From contig DASRRA010000072.1 of NCBI GenBank assembly GCA_035696085.1, positions 1-46,513 on the forward strand: DNA of 46,513 nt, written 5' to 3'. A model generated the notes under the pieces. That model had not been told where the DNA came from. It saw only the letters and a program-made list of their open reading frames with translations, and did not search any database. How positions within the stretch are numbered: position 1 is the first letter of the stretch; each line of letters begins with the position of its first letter. This document shows positions 7,942-16,876 of the stretch, one piece after another. This DNA is from Bacteroidia bacterium. GTDB lineage: Bacteria > Bacteroidota > Bacteroidia > 2-12-FULL-35-15. Both the position numbers and the translations under genes were made by a program.

Positions 7942-9160
7942 GGGACGGACGGTAATACGCTAACAATCCCACGGTTATGAAGCTTCCATAGGTGATCAGT
8001 TTATAATGACTGGAAATATCCCGTAAAAAACCCAATGTTCCTCCGATAAAACTGGTTAGAATAAAAATAATTCCCAAAGCAAGAATCAGCATTTTGTCTT
8101 TATTCCCTCTCAGCACAAAGAAATAAGCCAGATAAAAAAATGCCGGCAGCATAAACAAGAATGCATAAAACTGCTGATGTGGAAAAATAAGCGGCGTGAT
8201 TAATAAAATATAAGACAGTTCCCACCACTGTTGCAACCGCGATTGCACCTTGCGAAAAGGCAGACTTCTGAGAAAATAAAATACCATGGCCAGCAATACA
8301 ACTCTAACAACCTGTATGATCCAAACAACTGTTTCAACCGGAAGGTTGGCAATATTTCGCTTGAGGGTTAGATCTGCACCGCAACGTGCATTTTCAATCA
8401 GCAATGTTGGAAGCCAGGTTGTGATGCTATGCAATTCAGCTTCGTCAATATCAATCAGGTGTTCTTTATGCGAAGGATTAATTAATTGCCACCAGGCCGT
8501 ATGCAGCTCCATATTGTAACTCCAACCTAATTTAATTGCCGGAATTAAAAGATAAAGCACCGAAAACAAAACGATGTATGCGCTTGCCTTAAATAAATTC
8601 CGGTAAAGTAACCAGGGTATAATAACAATAGGCATTATCTTAATATTGATTGCAACTGCCAGCAACATACTTCCTTTTATTTCTTTCTTATGATCAATCA
8701 ACTGAATACCCTCCAGTAATGCATAAACTAGAAAAATCGTCATTTGTATCACATGAATATTAATCAGAAAGAACCTGGCTATTAAAACGGTACTCAACAA
8801 CCAAAATGCTGTTCGTTGATGTGCTGAAAATATAGATAAATTAAGGTATTCAGGAACAATTTTATAAATCCTGTGAATAAAAAAAAGATTGAGCAGTAAC
8901 CAGATAAGCTTGGGAATATAAAATGGTAAATGCACAAAAGGTAAAAGTAACCATGCAAAAAAAGGACTGTAATAATAATGAAACCCACTCACATAAGTGG
9001 TTGAATAGATATCACCTCTTTCTCCCATGCGTTCTGCCGCCTTCAGGAAAAGGAAAAAATCTCCCATACGGTTGGCTTCAATGGAAACATAAATAATCCC
9101 TATACCTAATAGAATATATGGAGTAAAGCGGTGACTTAAAATGGAGGTAAGTTTATTCAC
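7901..9160 (-). CDS. Polytopic GT-C-type glycosyltransferase, DUF2029/GT87-like
   Basis: About 10 or more TM segments. The N-terminal GDFFLFLKAAERMGERGDIYS...YYYSPFFAWLLLPF resembles the DUF2029 signature. GTG start. The 3' end overlaps the convergent GT4 gene by 41 nt. Confidence 0.6.
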   Translation of the reverse strand: MNKLTSILSHRFTPYILLGIGIIYVSIEANRMGDFFLFLKAAERMGERGDIYSTTYVSGFHYYYSPFFAWLLLPFVHLPFYIPKLIWLLLNLFFIHRIYKIVPEYLNLSIFSAHQRTAFWLLSTVLIARFFLINIHVIQMTIFLVYALLEGIQLIDHKKEIKGSMLLAVAINIKIMPIVIIPWLLYRNLFKASAYIVLFSVLYLLIPAIKLGWSYNMELHTAWWQLINPSHKEHLIDIDEAELHSITTWLPTLLIENARCGADLTLKRNIANLPVETVVWIIQVVRVVLLAMVFYFLRSLPFRKVQSRLQQWWELSYILLITPLIFPHQQFYAFLFMLPAFFYLAYFFVLRGNKDKMLILALGIIFILTSFIGGTLGFLRDISSHYKLITYGSFITVGLLAYYRPSLIEEHQYTLNTAE

Positions 9161-9188
9161 AAATGTTGACTGTATTACTGTAGGAAAT

Positions 9189-9599
9189 TTAATAGGTAAT
9201 TATCCGCTTTTCTCCTTTCACTTCAATGCTTATCTTTTCATAACTCAATGGCATGAGCTCTCCTATTTTTTCAGGCCATTCAATAAAACAATAAGCTTTA
9301 GAATAAAAATATTCTTCATAACCCATATCATAGGCTTCTTCTACAGATTTAATACGGTAAAAATCGAAGTGATAAATTTTTTGACCGCTTGCTGTACGGT
9401 ATTCATTTACAATTGAAAATGTAGGACTACTCACGGTATCTACCACTCCTAAAGCTTCACACATGGCTTTGATAAGCGTTGTTTTTCCTGCGCCCATTTC
9501 ACCATGAAACGCAACTACCTTTTCACCATCCAGTGATTCCAATAATTTTTTTGCTATAGAAGGCAGCTCGCTTAAGTCCGTTAATGTAATTGTTGACAT
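9189..9599 (-). CDS. tsaE: tRNA t6A37 biosynthesis ATPase TsaE (YjeE)
   Basis: Walker A in the TsaE context (FHGEMGAGKTTLIKAMCEALG...SPTFSIVNEY), then YHFDFYRI. Size is 136 aa. Confidence 0.9.
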   Translation of the reverse strand: MSTITLTDLSELPSIAKKLLESLDGEKVVAFHGEMGAGKTTLIKAMCEALGVVDTVSSPTFSIVNEYRTASGQKIYHFDFYRIKSVEEAYDMGYEEYFYSKAYCFIEWPEKIGELMPLSYEKISIEVKGEKRIITY

Positions 9600-9603
9600 G
9601 TCA

Positions 9604-9611
9604 CAAAATTA
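9604..9611 (-). promoter_or_regulatory. -7 box (TAATTTTG on minus strand) 4 nt from the tsaE ATG
   Basis: The minus strand reads TAATTTTG-TGAC-ATG. It lies downstream of the porX terminator, so tsaE probably has its own, possibly leaderless, promoter. Confidence 0.4.
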
Positions 9612-9651
9612 TAAAATTTTACTTATTAAAAACGCATCGCTTCTCAATTTC

Positions 9652-9685
9652 AAACGCCTTGTCAAACAATGCTGACAAGGCGTTT
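9652..9685 (-). terminator. Terminator hairpin after porX
   Basis: AAACGCCTTGTCA-(8 nt)-TGACAAGGCGTTT forms a perfect 13-bp stem. On the minus strand it is followed by a TTTGAAATT tail, 23 nt after the porX stop. Confidence 0.6.
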
Positions 9686-9707
9686 AAAAAGAAATAATTT
9701 CCAGGAA

Positions 9708-11261
9708 TTATCTTGGTTGCAAGGTTATATAAGGAATAAGCATTTCTTCCAATGATATTCCACCATGCTGAAATGTATTGCGGTAATAACTTACATAATA
9801 GTTGTAATTATTCGGATACGCGAAAAATAAATCATCTTTAATAAATACAAATACACTGCTCACATGTTGCTTCGGTAAAAATCCATCAGCAGGATTTCGG
9901 ATTTCAAACACATCTTTTTTCACATAATCCAAACTCTTTCCTTGTTTGTAACGCAAATTCGTATTCACATTTTTATCGCCCACTACTTTGGAGGGTTCTG
10001 TTACTTTTATGGTTCCATGGTCGGTAGTGATGATCAGCTTCGCTTTTTTTGCAGCAATCTGTTTCAAAATATCATGCAAAGGTGAATGCTCAAACCAGGA
10101 TAAAGTAATGGAACGATAAGCTTTTTCATCATCCGCTAATTCACGGATCACTTCCATTTCCGTACGCGCATGCGACAGCATGTCCACAAAGTTGTATACA
10201 ATTACATTCAATTTATTCTGCATCAAATTGCTGATGTTCTCCGACAATTTTTTCCCCGCAGCATGATTCGTAATTTTATTGTAACTGTACTTTATGTTCT
10301 TGCCCAGTCGTTTTAAATGCTCTGCCATCAACTCTTCCTCATGCATATTTTTACCTCCCTCTTCTTCATCATTCAACCACAATTTAGGGAAACGCTTTTC
10401 GATTTCCGATGGCATCAATCCGGCGAAGAAGGCATTCCGTGCATATTGCGTAGCAGTTGGTAAAATGCTACTGTACAACTCTTCATTCTCAATTTTAAAA
10501 TATTCGGAAACGATGGGCTGAATTATTTTCCATTGATCGTAACGCAAATTATCAATTAAAACAACAAATGTGGTTTCATCTTTATCCAAAACCGGAGCAA
10601 TTCTGTTTTTAAAAATTGTGTGAGAAAATTGAGGCGGGTTTGGAATTTTTCCGTTTAACCAACCAATGTAATTGTTCTCTACAAATTTTCCATACAACTT
10701 ATTAGCTTCTGATTTCTGCATTTTTAATACTTCCATCATGCTTTCATCCTTGCTGCTGTCCAGCTCCAGCTCCCAATACACCAACTTTTTATACACCTCC
10801 ACCCATTCGTTCCAACTGAGGCGGTCACCCAAGGTCATCCCTATTTGTCTAAACTCTTGCTGATAGTTAGAAGTTGTTTTTTCGCTGATCAAGCGTCTGT
10901 TATCCAACGTCTTTTTTAGCGACAATAAAATTTGATTGGGATTTACCGGCTTTATCAAGTAATCAGAAATTTTAGATCCGATGGCATCTTCCATTAAATG
11001 CTCTTCTTCACTTTTGGTAATCATGATAACAGGGAGGTCTGTCCGTTTGGATTTAAGCCGGTTTAATGTCTCCAACCCGGATAATCCCGGCATATTCTCA
11101 TCCAGAAGTACCACATCAAAATCATTTTTTTCAATAAGCTCCAAGGCTTCATCCCCGCTGGCTGCTGTTTTCACATCATAGCCTTTATCATTTAAAAATA
11201 AAATGTGAGGTTTCAAAAGATCCACCTCATCATCTGTCCATAGTATTTTGATTTTATCCAT
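9708..11261 (-). CDS. porX: PorX-type response regulator (CheY receiver + PglZ/alkaline-phosphatase-like domain)
   Basis: Receiver domain KILWTDDEVDLLKPHILFLNDKGYDV...DVVLLDENMPGLSG...MITK. PglZ-type motifs VVLIDNLRYDQW, ATQYARNAFFAGL and ITTDHGT. Start set at MDKIK (11261), not the extended 11291. Confidence 0.8.
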   Translation of the reverse strand: MDKIKILWTDDEVDLLKPHILFLNDKGYDVKTAASGDEALELIEKNDFDVVLLDENMPGLSGLETLNRLKSKRTDLPVIMITKSEEEHLMEDAIGSKISDYLIKPVNPNQILLSLKKTLDNRRLISEKTTSNYQQEFRQIGMTLGDRLSWNEWVEVYKKLVYWELELDSSKDESMMEVLKMQKSEANKLYGKFVENNYIGWLNGKIPNPPQFSHTIFKNRIAPVLDKDETTFVVLIDNLRYDQWKIIQPIVSEYFKIENEELYSSILPTATQYARNAFFAGLMPSEIEKRFPKLWLNDEEEGGKNMHEEELMAEHLKRLGKNIKYSYNKITNHAAGKKLSENISNLMQNKLNVIVYNFVDMLSHARTEMEVIRELADDEKAYRSITLSWFEHSPLHDILKQIAAKKAKLIITTDHGTIKVTEPSKVVGDKNVNTNLRYKQGKSLDYVKKDVFEIRNPADGFLPKQHVSSVFVFIKDDLFFAYPNNYNYYVSYYRNTFQHGGISLEEMLIPYITLQPR

Positions 11262-11352
11262 AGTGCTTGTTTTGTATCCGAAATATGTCATTTCCGGCTA
11301 TCGGGACGAATTTAGGTATATTACAGGATACCTGAATTAAAAAAAGTTAAAT

Positions 11353-11360
11353 TATCTTTG
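11353..11360 (+). promoter_or_regulatory. -7 box TATCTTTG 5 nt from the HD-gene ATG
   Basis: Reads TATCTTTG-CTGAA-ATG, an exact TAnnTTTG. Confidence 0.4.
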
Positions 11361-11365
11361 CTGAA

Positions 11366-12598
11366 ATGAACACACCTAATAAATTAAAAATAGTTAACGA
11401 TCCTATCTATGGTTTCGTATCTCTACCATTCGAAATAATTTTCGATCTTATTGAACACCCTTATTTTCAGCGGCTACGACGGATTAAGCAATTGGGACTT
11501 ACCAACCTGGTTTACCCCGGTGCTTTGCATACCCGCTTTCATCACGCCATTGGAGCCATGCATTTAATGTACCAGGCCATTGAGGTAATCCGTGCAAAAG
11601 GTCATGAAATCACCCAAGAAGAAGCCCAGGGCGCTACCATCGCTATTTTACTCCATGATATAGGACATGGCCCTTATTCGCATGCCTTAGAACATAGCAT
11701 TGTGAATAATATTTCTCATGAAGATGTTTCCCTGCTGTTTATGCAGGAACTAAATAAATCCTTTGATGGTAAATTAACTACCGCCATTGCTATTTTTCAA
11801 AACAAATACAAAAAGAAATTCCTGCACCAGCTTGTATCCAGTCAGCTGGATGTTGACAGACTGGATTACCTGAAAAGAGACAGCTTCTTTACAGGTGTTT
11901 CAGAGGGTGTAATCAGCTCCGAACGCATCATCAAAATGCTGAATGTAGTGAATGATCAATTGGCGGTTGAAGCCAAAGGAATTTACTCCATCGAAAAATT
12001 TATCATCGCCCGACGATTGATGTACTGGCAGGTATATCTTCACAAAGCCGTGTTGAGTGCCGAGAATCTGCTGGTCAATATTTTGAAGCGTGCCAAAGAG
12101 CTGGCGGAGAAAAAGACCGTGCTGTTTTGCACACCGGCTCTAAAAAAATTCTTATACAATAAATTCGAACAGGCTGATTTTGTTAAGAATCCCGAGCTCC
12201 TGGATGCTTTTGCGCAGCTGGATGATTATGATATTATGACTTCCATAAAAGTATGGATGGATCATGAGGATCGCGTATTATCAATGCTTTGCAAGCAATT
12301 GGTCAACCGAAAATTATCACATGTAGAGATGCAGAAAAACCCGTTCAAAGAAGAACGCATCCAGGAAATAAAAGAACAGTTTAAAAAGCGGTTAAAATTG
12401 ACAGAAAAAGAAGCGGGGTATTTTGTTTTCACTGGAAATGTAACCAACGAGGCCTACAGAGCGGATAAGATCCGAATCAATATTCTTTTTAAAGATGGTA
12501 CCGTGTCGGATATTGCGGAGGCTTCGGATCAGTTGAGTATTGATGTGCTGGCGAGGACGGTGAAGAAGTATTATTTATGTTACCCAAAGACGATGTAA
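11366..12598 (+). CDS. HD-domain phosphohydrolase (dNTP triphosphohydrolase-like, COG1078 type)
   Basis: Motifs RFHHAIGAMHL, LLHDIGHGPYSHALEH and DVDRLDYLKRD. Position upstream of lpxD is, as I recall, a conserved Bacteroidota arrangement. Confidence 0.8.
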   Translation: MNTPNKLKIVNDPIYGFVSLPFEIIFDLIEHPYFQRLRRIKQLGLTNLVYPGALHTRFHHAIGAMHLMYQAIEVIRAKGHEITQEEAQGATIAILLHDIGHGPYSHALEHSIVNNISHEDVSLLFMQELNKSFDGKLTTAIAIFQNKYKKKFLHQLVSSQLDVDRLDYLKRDSFFTGVSEGVISSERIIKMLNVVNDQLAVEAKGIYSIEKFIIARRLMYWQVYLHKAVLSAENLLVNILKRAKELAEKKTVLFCTPALKKFLYNKFEQADFVKNPELLDAFAQLDDYDIMTSIKVWMDHEDRVLSMLCKQLVNRKLSHVEMQKNPFKEERIQEIKEQFKKRLKLTEKEAGYFVFTGNVTNEAYRADKIRINILFKDGTVSDIAEASDQLSIDVLARTVKKYYLCYPKTM

Positions 12599-12602
12599 AT
12601 GT

Positions 12603-12673
12603 AAAGAGCAAGAATAAAGAGCAAGAGCAAGTGGTTACATTAAACTTTGCTCTTGCTCTTTACTCTTGCTCTT
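12603..12673. repeat. Long near-perfect inverted repeat (about 28-bp stem, 13-nt loop), probable terminator or REP-like hairpin
   Basis: AAAGAGCAAGAATAAAGAGCAAGAGCAAG / CTTTGCTCTTGCTCTTTACTCTTGCTCTT. One internal mismatch, counted by hand. Begins 5 nt after the HD stop and has no U-tract. Confidence 0.65.
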
Positions 12674-12792
12674 CCTCTTTGCGCTTGCTCTATACTCCAC
12701 TCTCACACTGACCTTTCGCCGACATTACACCCCACCCCACCGAATAATCATAATTCAGTATATTTAAACCTCAACCCTAACGATATTTTCCA

Positions 12793-12800
12793 TAAATTTG
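12793..12800 (+). promoter_or_regulatory. -7 box TAAATTTG upstream of lpxD
   Basis: Exact TAnnTTTG, 65 nt before the ATG at 12866. A weaker TATATTTT box lies 4 nt before the ATG. Confidence 0.35.
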
Positions 12801-12865
12801 GGCTCGAAAATTTTAATGAATTCCTATTGATTTTTTAAAAAGGAATTTACCTGTATATTTTAATT

Positions 12866-13915
12866 ATGAGTCAATTTACTGCCCAACAACTAGCAGATTT
12901 ACTAAATGGAACCATTGAGGGGAATGCGCAGGCAATTGTGTCAAAACTTTCGAAAATAGAAGAAGGTGTTGCACAGTCTGTTTCGTTTCTTTCCAATCCG
13001 GTTTATACACCCTATATTTATACAACGGATGCATCTGTTGTAATTGTTGCCAATGACCTGCAACTGGAAAAGCCAGTAAAATCGACTTGTACGCTTATAC
13101 GTGTGACGGATCCCCGAGCCAGTTTCGGTGTATTACTGGATGCATATAACCAAATTAACGATAACAAAAAAGGCATTGAACAACCCTCTTTTATTTCAGC
13201 ATCCGCTACTATTGGCAAAGACCCATACATTGGGGCATTTACCTATATCGGCGACAATGTAAGGATTGGTGATAACGTAAAAATTTACCCAAATTCCTTT
13301 ATTGGAAATAATGTGGTAATTGGCGACAATACCTTTATTTTTCCAGGTGTTAAGATACATACCGACAGTGTTATTGGTAAAAACTGCACCTTCCACTCCG
13401 GCGTTATTATCGGTGGCGATGGATTTGGCTTTGCTCCCAATTCAGAAAACAACTACAAAAAAATACCTCAAATTGGCAATGTGATTATTGAGGACCATGT
13501 GGAAATAGGCTCCAATTCAACGATCGACAGGGCCACTTTAGGTTCTACCATCATCCGCAAAGGGGTAAAATTAGATAACCTGATTCAAATCGGACACAAT
13601 GTAGAAATCGGTGAAAACACCGTTATTGTTGCTCAAACCGGTGTTGCAGGCTCTACAAAAATTGGCAAAAACTGTATTATTGCAGGCCAGGTAGGTATTG
13701 TGGGGCACATTACTATTGCTGATGGGGTTAAAATAGCGGCCCAATCAGGTGTTGGCAACTCTATAAAAGTAGAAAACGAGATCGTTCAGGGCTCTCCTGC
13801 ATTCAAACAAAGCGATTATAAGCGATCTTTCGTAGTATTTCGTAACTTGCCGAAAATTAATACAGACCTCAACGAATTAAAGAGACTAAAAAGCGATACT
13901 TTATCCAAAGAATAA
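12866..13915 (+). CDS. lpxD: UDP-3-O-acylglucosamine N-acyltransferase LpxD
   Basis: Uridine-binding N-domain, long left-handed beta-helix hexapeptide repeats, catalytic QIGHNVEIG, and a C-terminal helix. First gene of the lpxD-lpxC/fabZ-lpxA operon. Confidence 0.9.
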   Translation: MSQFTAQQLADLLNGTIEGNAQAIVSKLSKIEEGVAQSVSFLSNPVYTPYIYTTDASVVIVANDLQLEKPVKSTCTLIRVTDPRASFGVLLDAYNQINDNKKGIEQPSFISASATIGKDPYIGAFTYIGDNVRIGDNVKIYPNSFIGNNVVIGDNTFIFPGVKIHTDSVIGKNCTFHSGVIIGGDGFGFAPNSENNYKKIPQIGNVIIEDHVEIGSNSTIDRATLGSTIIRKGVKLDNLIQIGHNVEIGENTVIVAQTGVAGSTKIGKNCIIAGQVGIVGHITIADGVKIAAQSGVGNSIKVENEIVQGSPAFKQSDYKRSFVVFRNLPKINTDLNELKRLKSDTLSKE

Positions 13916-13919
13916 AAAA

Positions 13920-15347
13920 ATGAGCGTTAAGCAACGAACTATAAAAAACCCGGTAACCATATCGGGTGTTGGTTTACACACAGGTAAACAAACTAACTTA
14001 ACATTTTTACCGGCACCTGAAAATCATGGATATAAATTTCAACGTATCGATATCGTCGATAATCCCATTATTGATGCGGATGTCGACAATGTAGTGGATA
14101 CCTCCCGTGGTACCACACTGGAGCAAAACGGAGCCCGCATCCATACCACTGAGCATGTATTGGCTGCGCTGGTGGGTTTGGAGATTGATAATGTGCTGAT
14201 GCAAACCGATGGTCCGGAAATGCCAATCATGGATGGAAGTTCCATGCCTTTCATTGAAATATTGGAAAAAGCTGGGATTGTTGAACAAAATGCAGAACGT
14301 GTCTATTTTGAATTAACAGAAAACTTATCCTACGAAGATCCTGTAAAGAAGGTAGAAATGCTGGCTGTGCCACAGGATGAATTCAGAACAACGGTAATGG
14401 TGGATTACAACTCAGAAGTATTGGGAACACAACATGCCAGCATGTACAACGTTCGCCAGTTTAAATCTGAAATTGCTGCCTGCAGAACATTCGTATTTCT
14501 TCATGAGTTAGAAGCATTGCTAGCACACAACCTTATCAAAGGCGGAGATTTAAACAACGCTATAGTACTTGTAGATCGCGAGATTTCGGAAGACAAACTA
14601 AATCACTTACGTAAAATATTTAATAAGCAGGAAGTAGAAGTAAAAGGCCGTGGTGTATTGAACAACACCACCCTCCATCATTTTAATGAGCCCGCACGTC
14701 ACAAACTGCTTGATATTGTTGGTGATTTGGCGCTCGTAGGTGTTCCTTTAAAAATGCACATTCTAGCCGCGCGTCCGGGACATGCCGGAAATATTGCTTT
14801 TGCTAAAAAAATAAAAGAACTGATTAAAAGCAAGCGTAATAAAAAAGCGCCGCAACAAACATTTGATCTAAGCAAAGAACCCTTGCTGAACATCATGGAA
14901 ATCCAGGCTTTACTACCCCACCGTCAACCATTTATTTTGGTAGATAAAATCATGGAGATTTCTCCGGAGCGCGTGGTTGGTGTGAAGAATGTTACCATGA
15001 ATGAAGATTTTTTCAGAGGCCACTTCCCTAATAACCCTGTAATGCCAGGTGTTTTATTGGTTGAAGCAATGGCACAAACCGGCGGTATTCTTGTTTTAAA
15101 AACCGTTCCCGATCCGGAAAACTACCTTACCTATCTGATGAAAATTGATGGTGTAAAATTCAAACAAAAAGTTGTTCCCGGTGATACCGTTGTATTTGAA
15201 TTGACTTTACTTACACCGATACGTCGTGGAATCTGTCATATGAAAGGCGTTGCCTACGTAAATAATAAACCTGTAATGGAGGCCGAAATGATGGCTCAAA
15301 TTGTAAAAGTTAAGAATAATGAGCCAGCTCTCGTACATACATCCTGA
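13920..15347 (+). CDS. lpxC/fabZ: Bifunctional UDP-3-O-acyl-GlcNAc deacetylase / 3-hydroxyacyl-ACP dehydratase (LpxC-FabZ fusion)
   Basis: N-terminal LpxC part (GVGLHTGK..., HTTEHVLAAL, HKLLDIVGDLAL). C-terminal FabZ hot-dog part (LPHRQPFILVDKI, FFRGHFPNNPVMPGVLLVEAMAQ). This fusion is characteristic of Bacteroidota. Confidence 0.92.
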   Translation: MSVKQRTIKNPVTISGVGLHTGKQTNLTFLPAPENHGYKFQRIDIVDNPIIDADVDNVVDTSRGTTLEQNGARIHTTEHVLAALVGLEIDNVLMQTDGPEMPIMDGSSMPFIEILEKAGIVEQNAERVYFELTENLSYEDPVKKVEMLAVPQDEFRTTVMVDYNSEVLGTQHASMYNVRQFKSEIAACRTFVFLHELEALLAHNLIKGGDLNNAIVLVDREISEDKLNHLRKIFNKQEVEVKGRGVLNNTTLHHFNEPARHKLLDIVGDLALVGVPLKMHILAARPGHAGNIAFAKKIKELIKSKRNKKAPQQTFDLSKEPLLNIMEIQALLPHRQPFILVDKIMEISPERVVGVKNVTMNEDFFRGHFPNNPVMPGVLLVEAMAQTGGILVLKTVPDPENYLTYLMKIDGVKFKQKVVPGDTVVFELTLLTPIRRGICHMKGVAYVNNKPVMEAEMMAQIVKVKNNEPALVHTS

Positions 15348-16092
15348 TGCAAAAATTGGAAAAGGAGTTATTGTAGAACCTTTTTCAACGATTTATAACA
15401 ATGTGGAAATTGGTGATGGAACCTGGATTGGCCCGAATGTAACCATTTTCCCGGGTGCACGCATTGGAAAAAACTGTAAAATCTTTCCAGGAGCTGTTAT
15501 CTCCGCTATTCCACAAGATTTAAAATTTAAAGGTGAAGAAACAACCGCCGAAATAGGCGACAATTGCACCATTCGTGAATGTGTAACCATCAACCGCGGC
15601 ACCATTGATAAAATGAGAACTGCTATTGGAAACAATTGCTTACTCATGGCTTACGTACATGTTGCACACGATTGCATCCTGGGTAACAACATCATTTTAG
15701 CAAACAATGTAACGCTTGCAGGACATGTGCAGATTGATGATTGGGCCATTTTAGAAGGTCTTGTAGCGGTTCAGCAATTTATTAAAATAGGCGCACACGC
15801 ATTCTTAGCCGGTGGTTCACTGGTTCGGAAAAATGTACCTCCTTTCACCAAAGCTGCCAGAGAACCCTTGCAATACGTGGGTATTAACTCTGTAGGTCTT
15901 CGCCGCCGCGGATACAGCAATGAAGCCGTTTTGGAAATTGAAGATATCTACCGGACACTTTTTGTAAAAGGGCTCAATGTAGCCAATGCCCTTGCCGTTA
16001 TTGAGCAGGAAGCACCTTCCTCCAAAGAGAAAGAAGCAATTCTTAATTTTATACGCGAATCCAAAGAAGGAATTATGAAAGGAATGTCTTAA
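15319..16092 (+). CDS. lpxA: Acyl-ACP-UDP-GlcNAc O-acyltransferase LpxA
   Basis: The N-terminus SYIHPDAKIGKGVIVEPFS matches LpxA. Hexapeptide repeats, HVAHDC catalytic region and C-terminal helical domain are present. Overlaps lpxC/fabZ by 29 nt. Confidence 0.9.
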   Translation: MSQLSYIHPDAKIGKGVIVEPFSTIYNNVEIGDGTWIGPNVTIFPGARIGKNCKIFPGAVISAIPQDLKFKGEETTAEIGDNCTIRECVTINRGTIDKMRTAIGNNCLLMAYVHVAHDCILGNNIILANNVTLAGHVQIDDWAILEGLVAVQQFIKIGAHAFLAGGSLVRKNVPPFTKAAREPLQYVGINSVGLRRRGYSNEAVLEIEDIYRTLFVKGLNVANALAVIEQEAPSSKEKEAILNFIRESKEGIMKGMS

Positions 16093-16127
16093 ACATACCT
16101 TTTGTTTTAAATTATAGCTGTATCTCC

Positions 16128-16799
16128 ATGAACATACAATTAACCAATATCGGTAAGCGCTATAATTATGAATGGATTTTTAAAGGCATTCACTTTGAAT
16201 TTACCTCCGAAAACAGTTATGCTATCCTCGGGAGCAATGGTTCTGGAAAGTCAACATTACTGCAGATTTTAGCCGGCAATTTCTTGCCATCTGAAGGAGA
16301 AATAAACTATCGCATCAGCTCAAACGAAGTCGATCATGTCAGTTCGAGCGGAGTCGAGAACAAACCAATTGATCCCGAAGAAGTATACAAACAATTAAGT
16401 ATCGCTACACCCTACCTCGACCTGTTTGATGAATTCACTTTAACTGAATCTATTGAATTCCACTCCAAATTCAAACCCTTTATGCAAGGACTGGATACCA
16501 AAGAAATCATCGCCTTGACGCAGCTGGAAAAAGCAAAGGATAAACAATTGAAATATTTTTCATCAGGTATGAAACAACGGGTACGCCTCGCATTAGCGAT
16601 TTTAAGCGATACTCAACTCCTGCTCCTGGATGAACCCACCTCCAACCTGGATAAAAATGCCATTGCCTGGTATCAGCAGCTCGTTCAAACTTATTCAAAA
16701 AACCGCCTCATCATCGTTGCCTCCAATCAACTGGAATATGAGTATGCTCCCTTTTGCAACCTATTGTTGAATGTGGAGGATTACAAAAAAAGAAATTAA
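16128..16799 (+). CDS. ABC transporter ATP-binding protein (no adjacent permease)
   Basis: Walker A GSNGSGKST, signature FSSGMKQR, Walker B LLLLDEPTSNLD. Confidence 0.85.
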   Translation: MNIQLTNIGKRYNYEWIFKGIHFEFTSENSYAILGSNGSGKSTLLQILAGNFLPSEGEINYRISSNEVDHVSSSGVENKPIDPEEVYKQLSIATPYLDLFDEFTLTESIEFHSKFKPFMQGLDTKEIIALTQLEKAKDKQLKYFSSGMKQRVRLALAILSDTQLLLLDEPTSNLDKNAIAWYQQLVQTYSKNRLIIVASNQLEYEYAPFCNLLLNVEDYKKRN

Positions 16800-16876
16800 T
16801 TTTTTCCGGCACCCAACCTTTTATTTTTTATAGACGTGTTGTAGATAAAAGCAATTCATTTTAATTTATTTATATT

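Noticed and set aside
9708-11261. The PglZ domain as a marker of a BREX or other phage-defence island
   Set aside because: The PglZ domain is fused to a CheY receiver, which is the PorX architecture. The gene is monocistronic between tsaE and a conserved HD gene. No BrxA/B/C/L, PglX methyltransferase, or any helicase or nuclease partner is present.
11366-12598. The HD-domain dNTPase-like protein as an anti-phage dGTPase/SAMHD1-type defence gene
   Set aside because: It sits in what I recall as the conserved housekeeping position immediately upstream of lpxD. It has no mobile-element or defence-island context.
12647-12838. 63-aa ORF in the HD-lpxD spacer
   Set aside because: Its TTG start lies inside the right arm of the long hairpin. 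The translation is Leu/Pro/His-rich with no signal or motif. It overlaps the predicted lpxD -7 box. It is more likely non-coding.
16326-16362. Reiterated GTCGA/TCGAG motif (GTCGATCATGTCAGTTCGAGCGGAGTCGAGAAC) encoding a Ser/Gly-rich stretch in the ABC ATPase, as a possible in-frame palindromic-element insertion
   Set aside because: It does not form a convincing hairpin and does not resemble the 32-nt repeat family. Without an alignment to orthologs I cannot show that it is an insertion.
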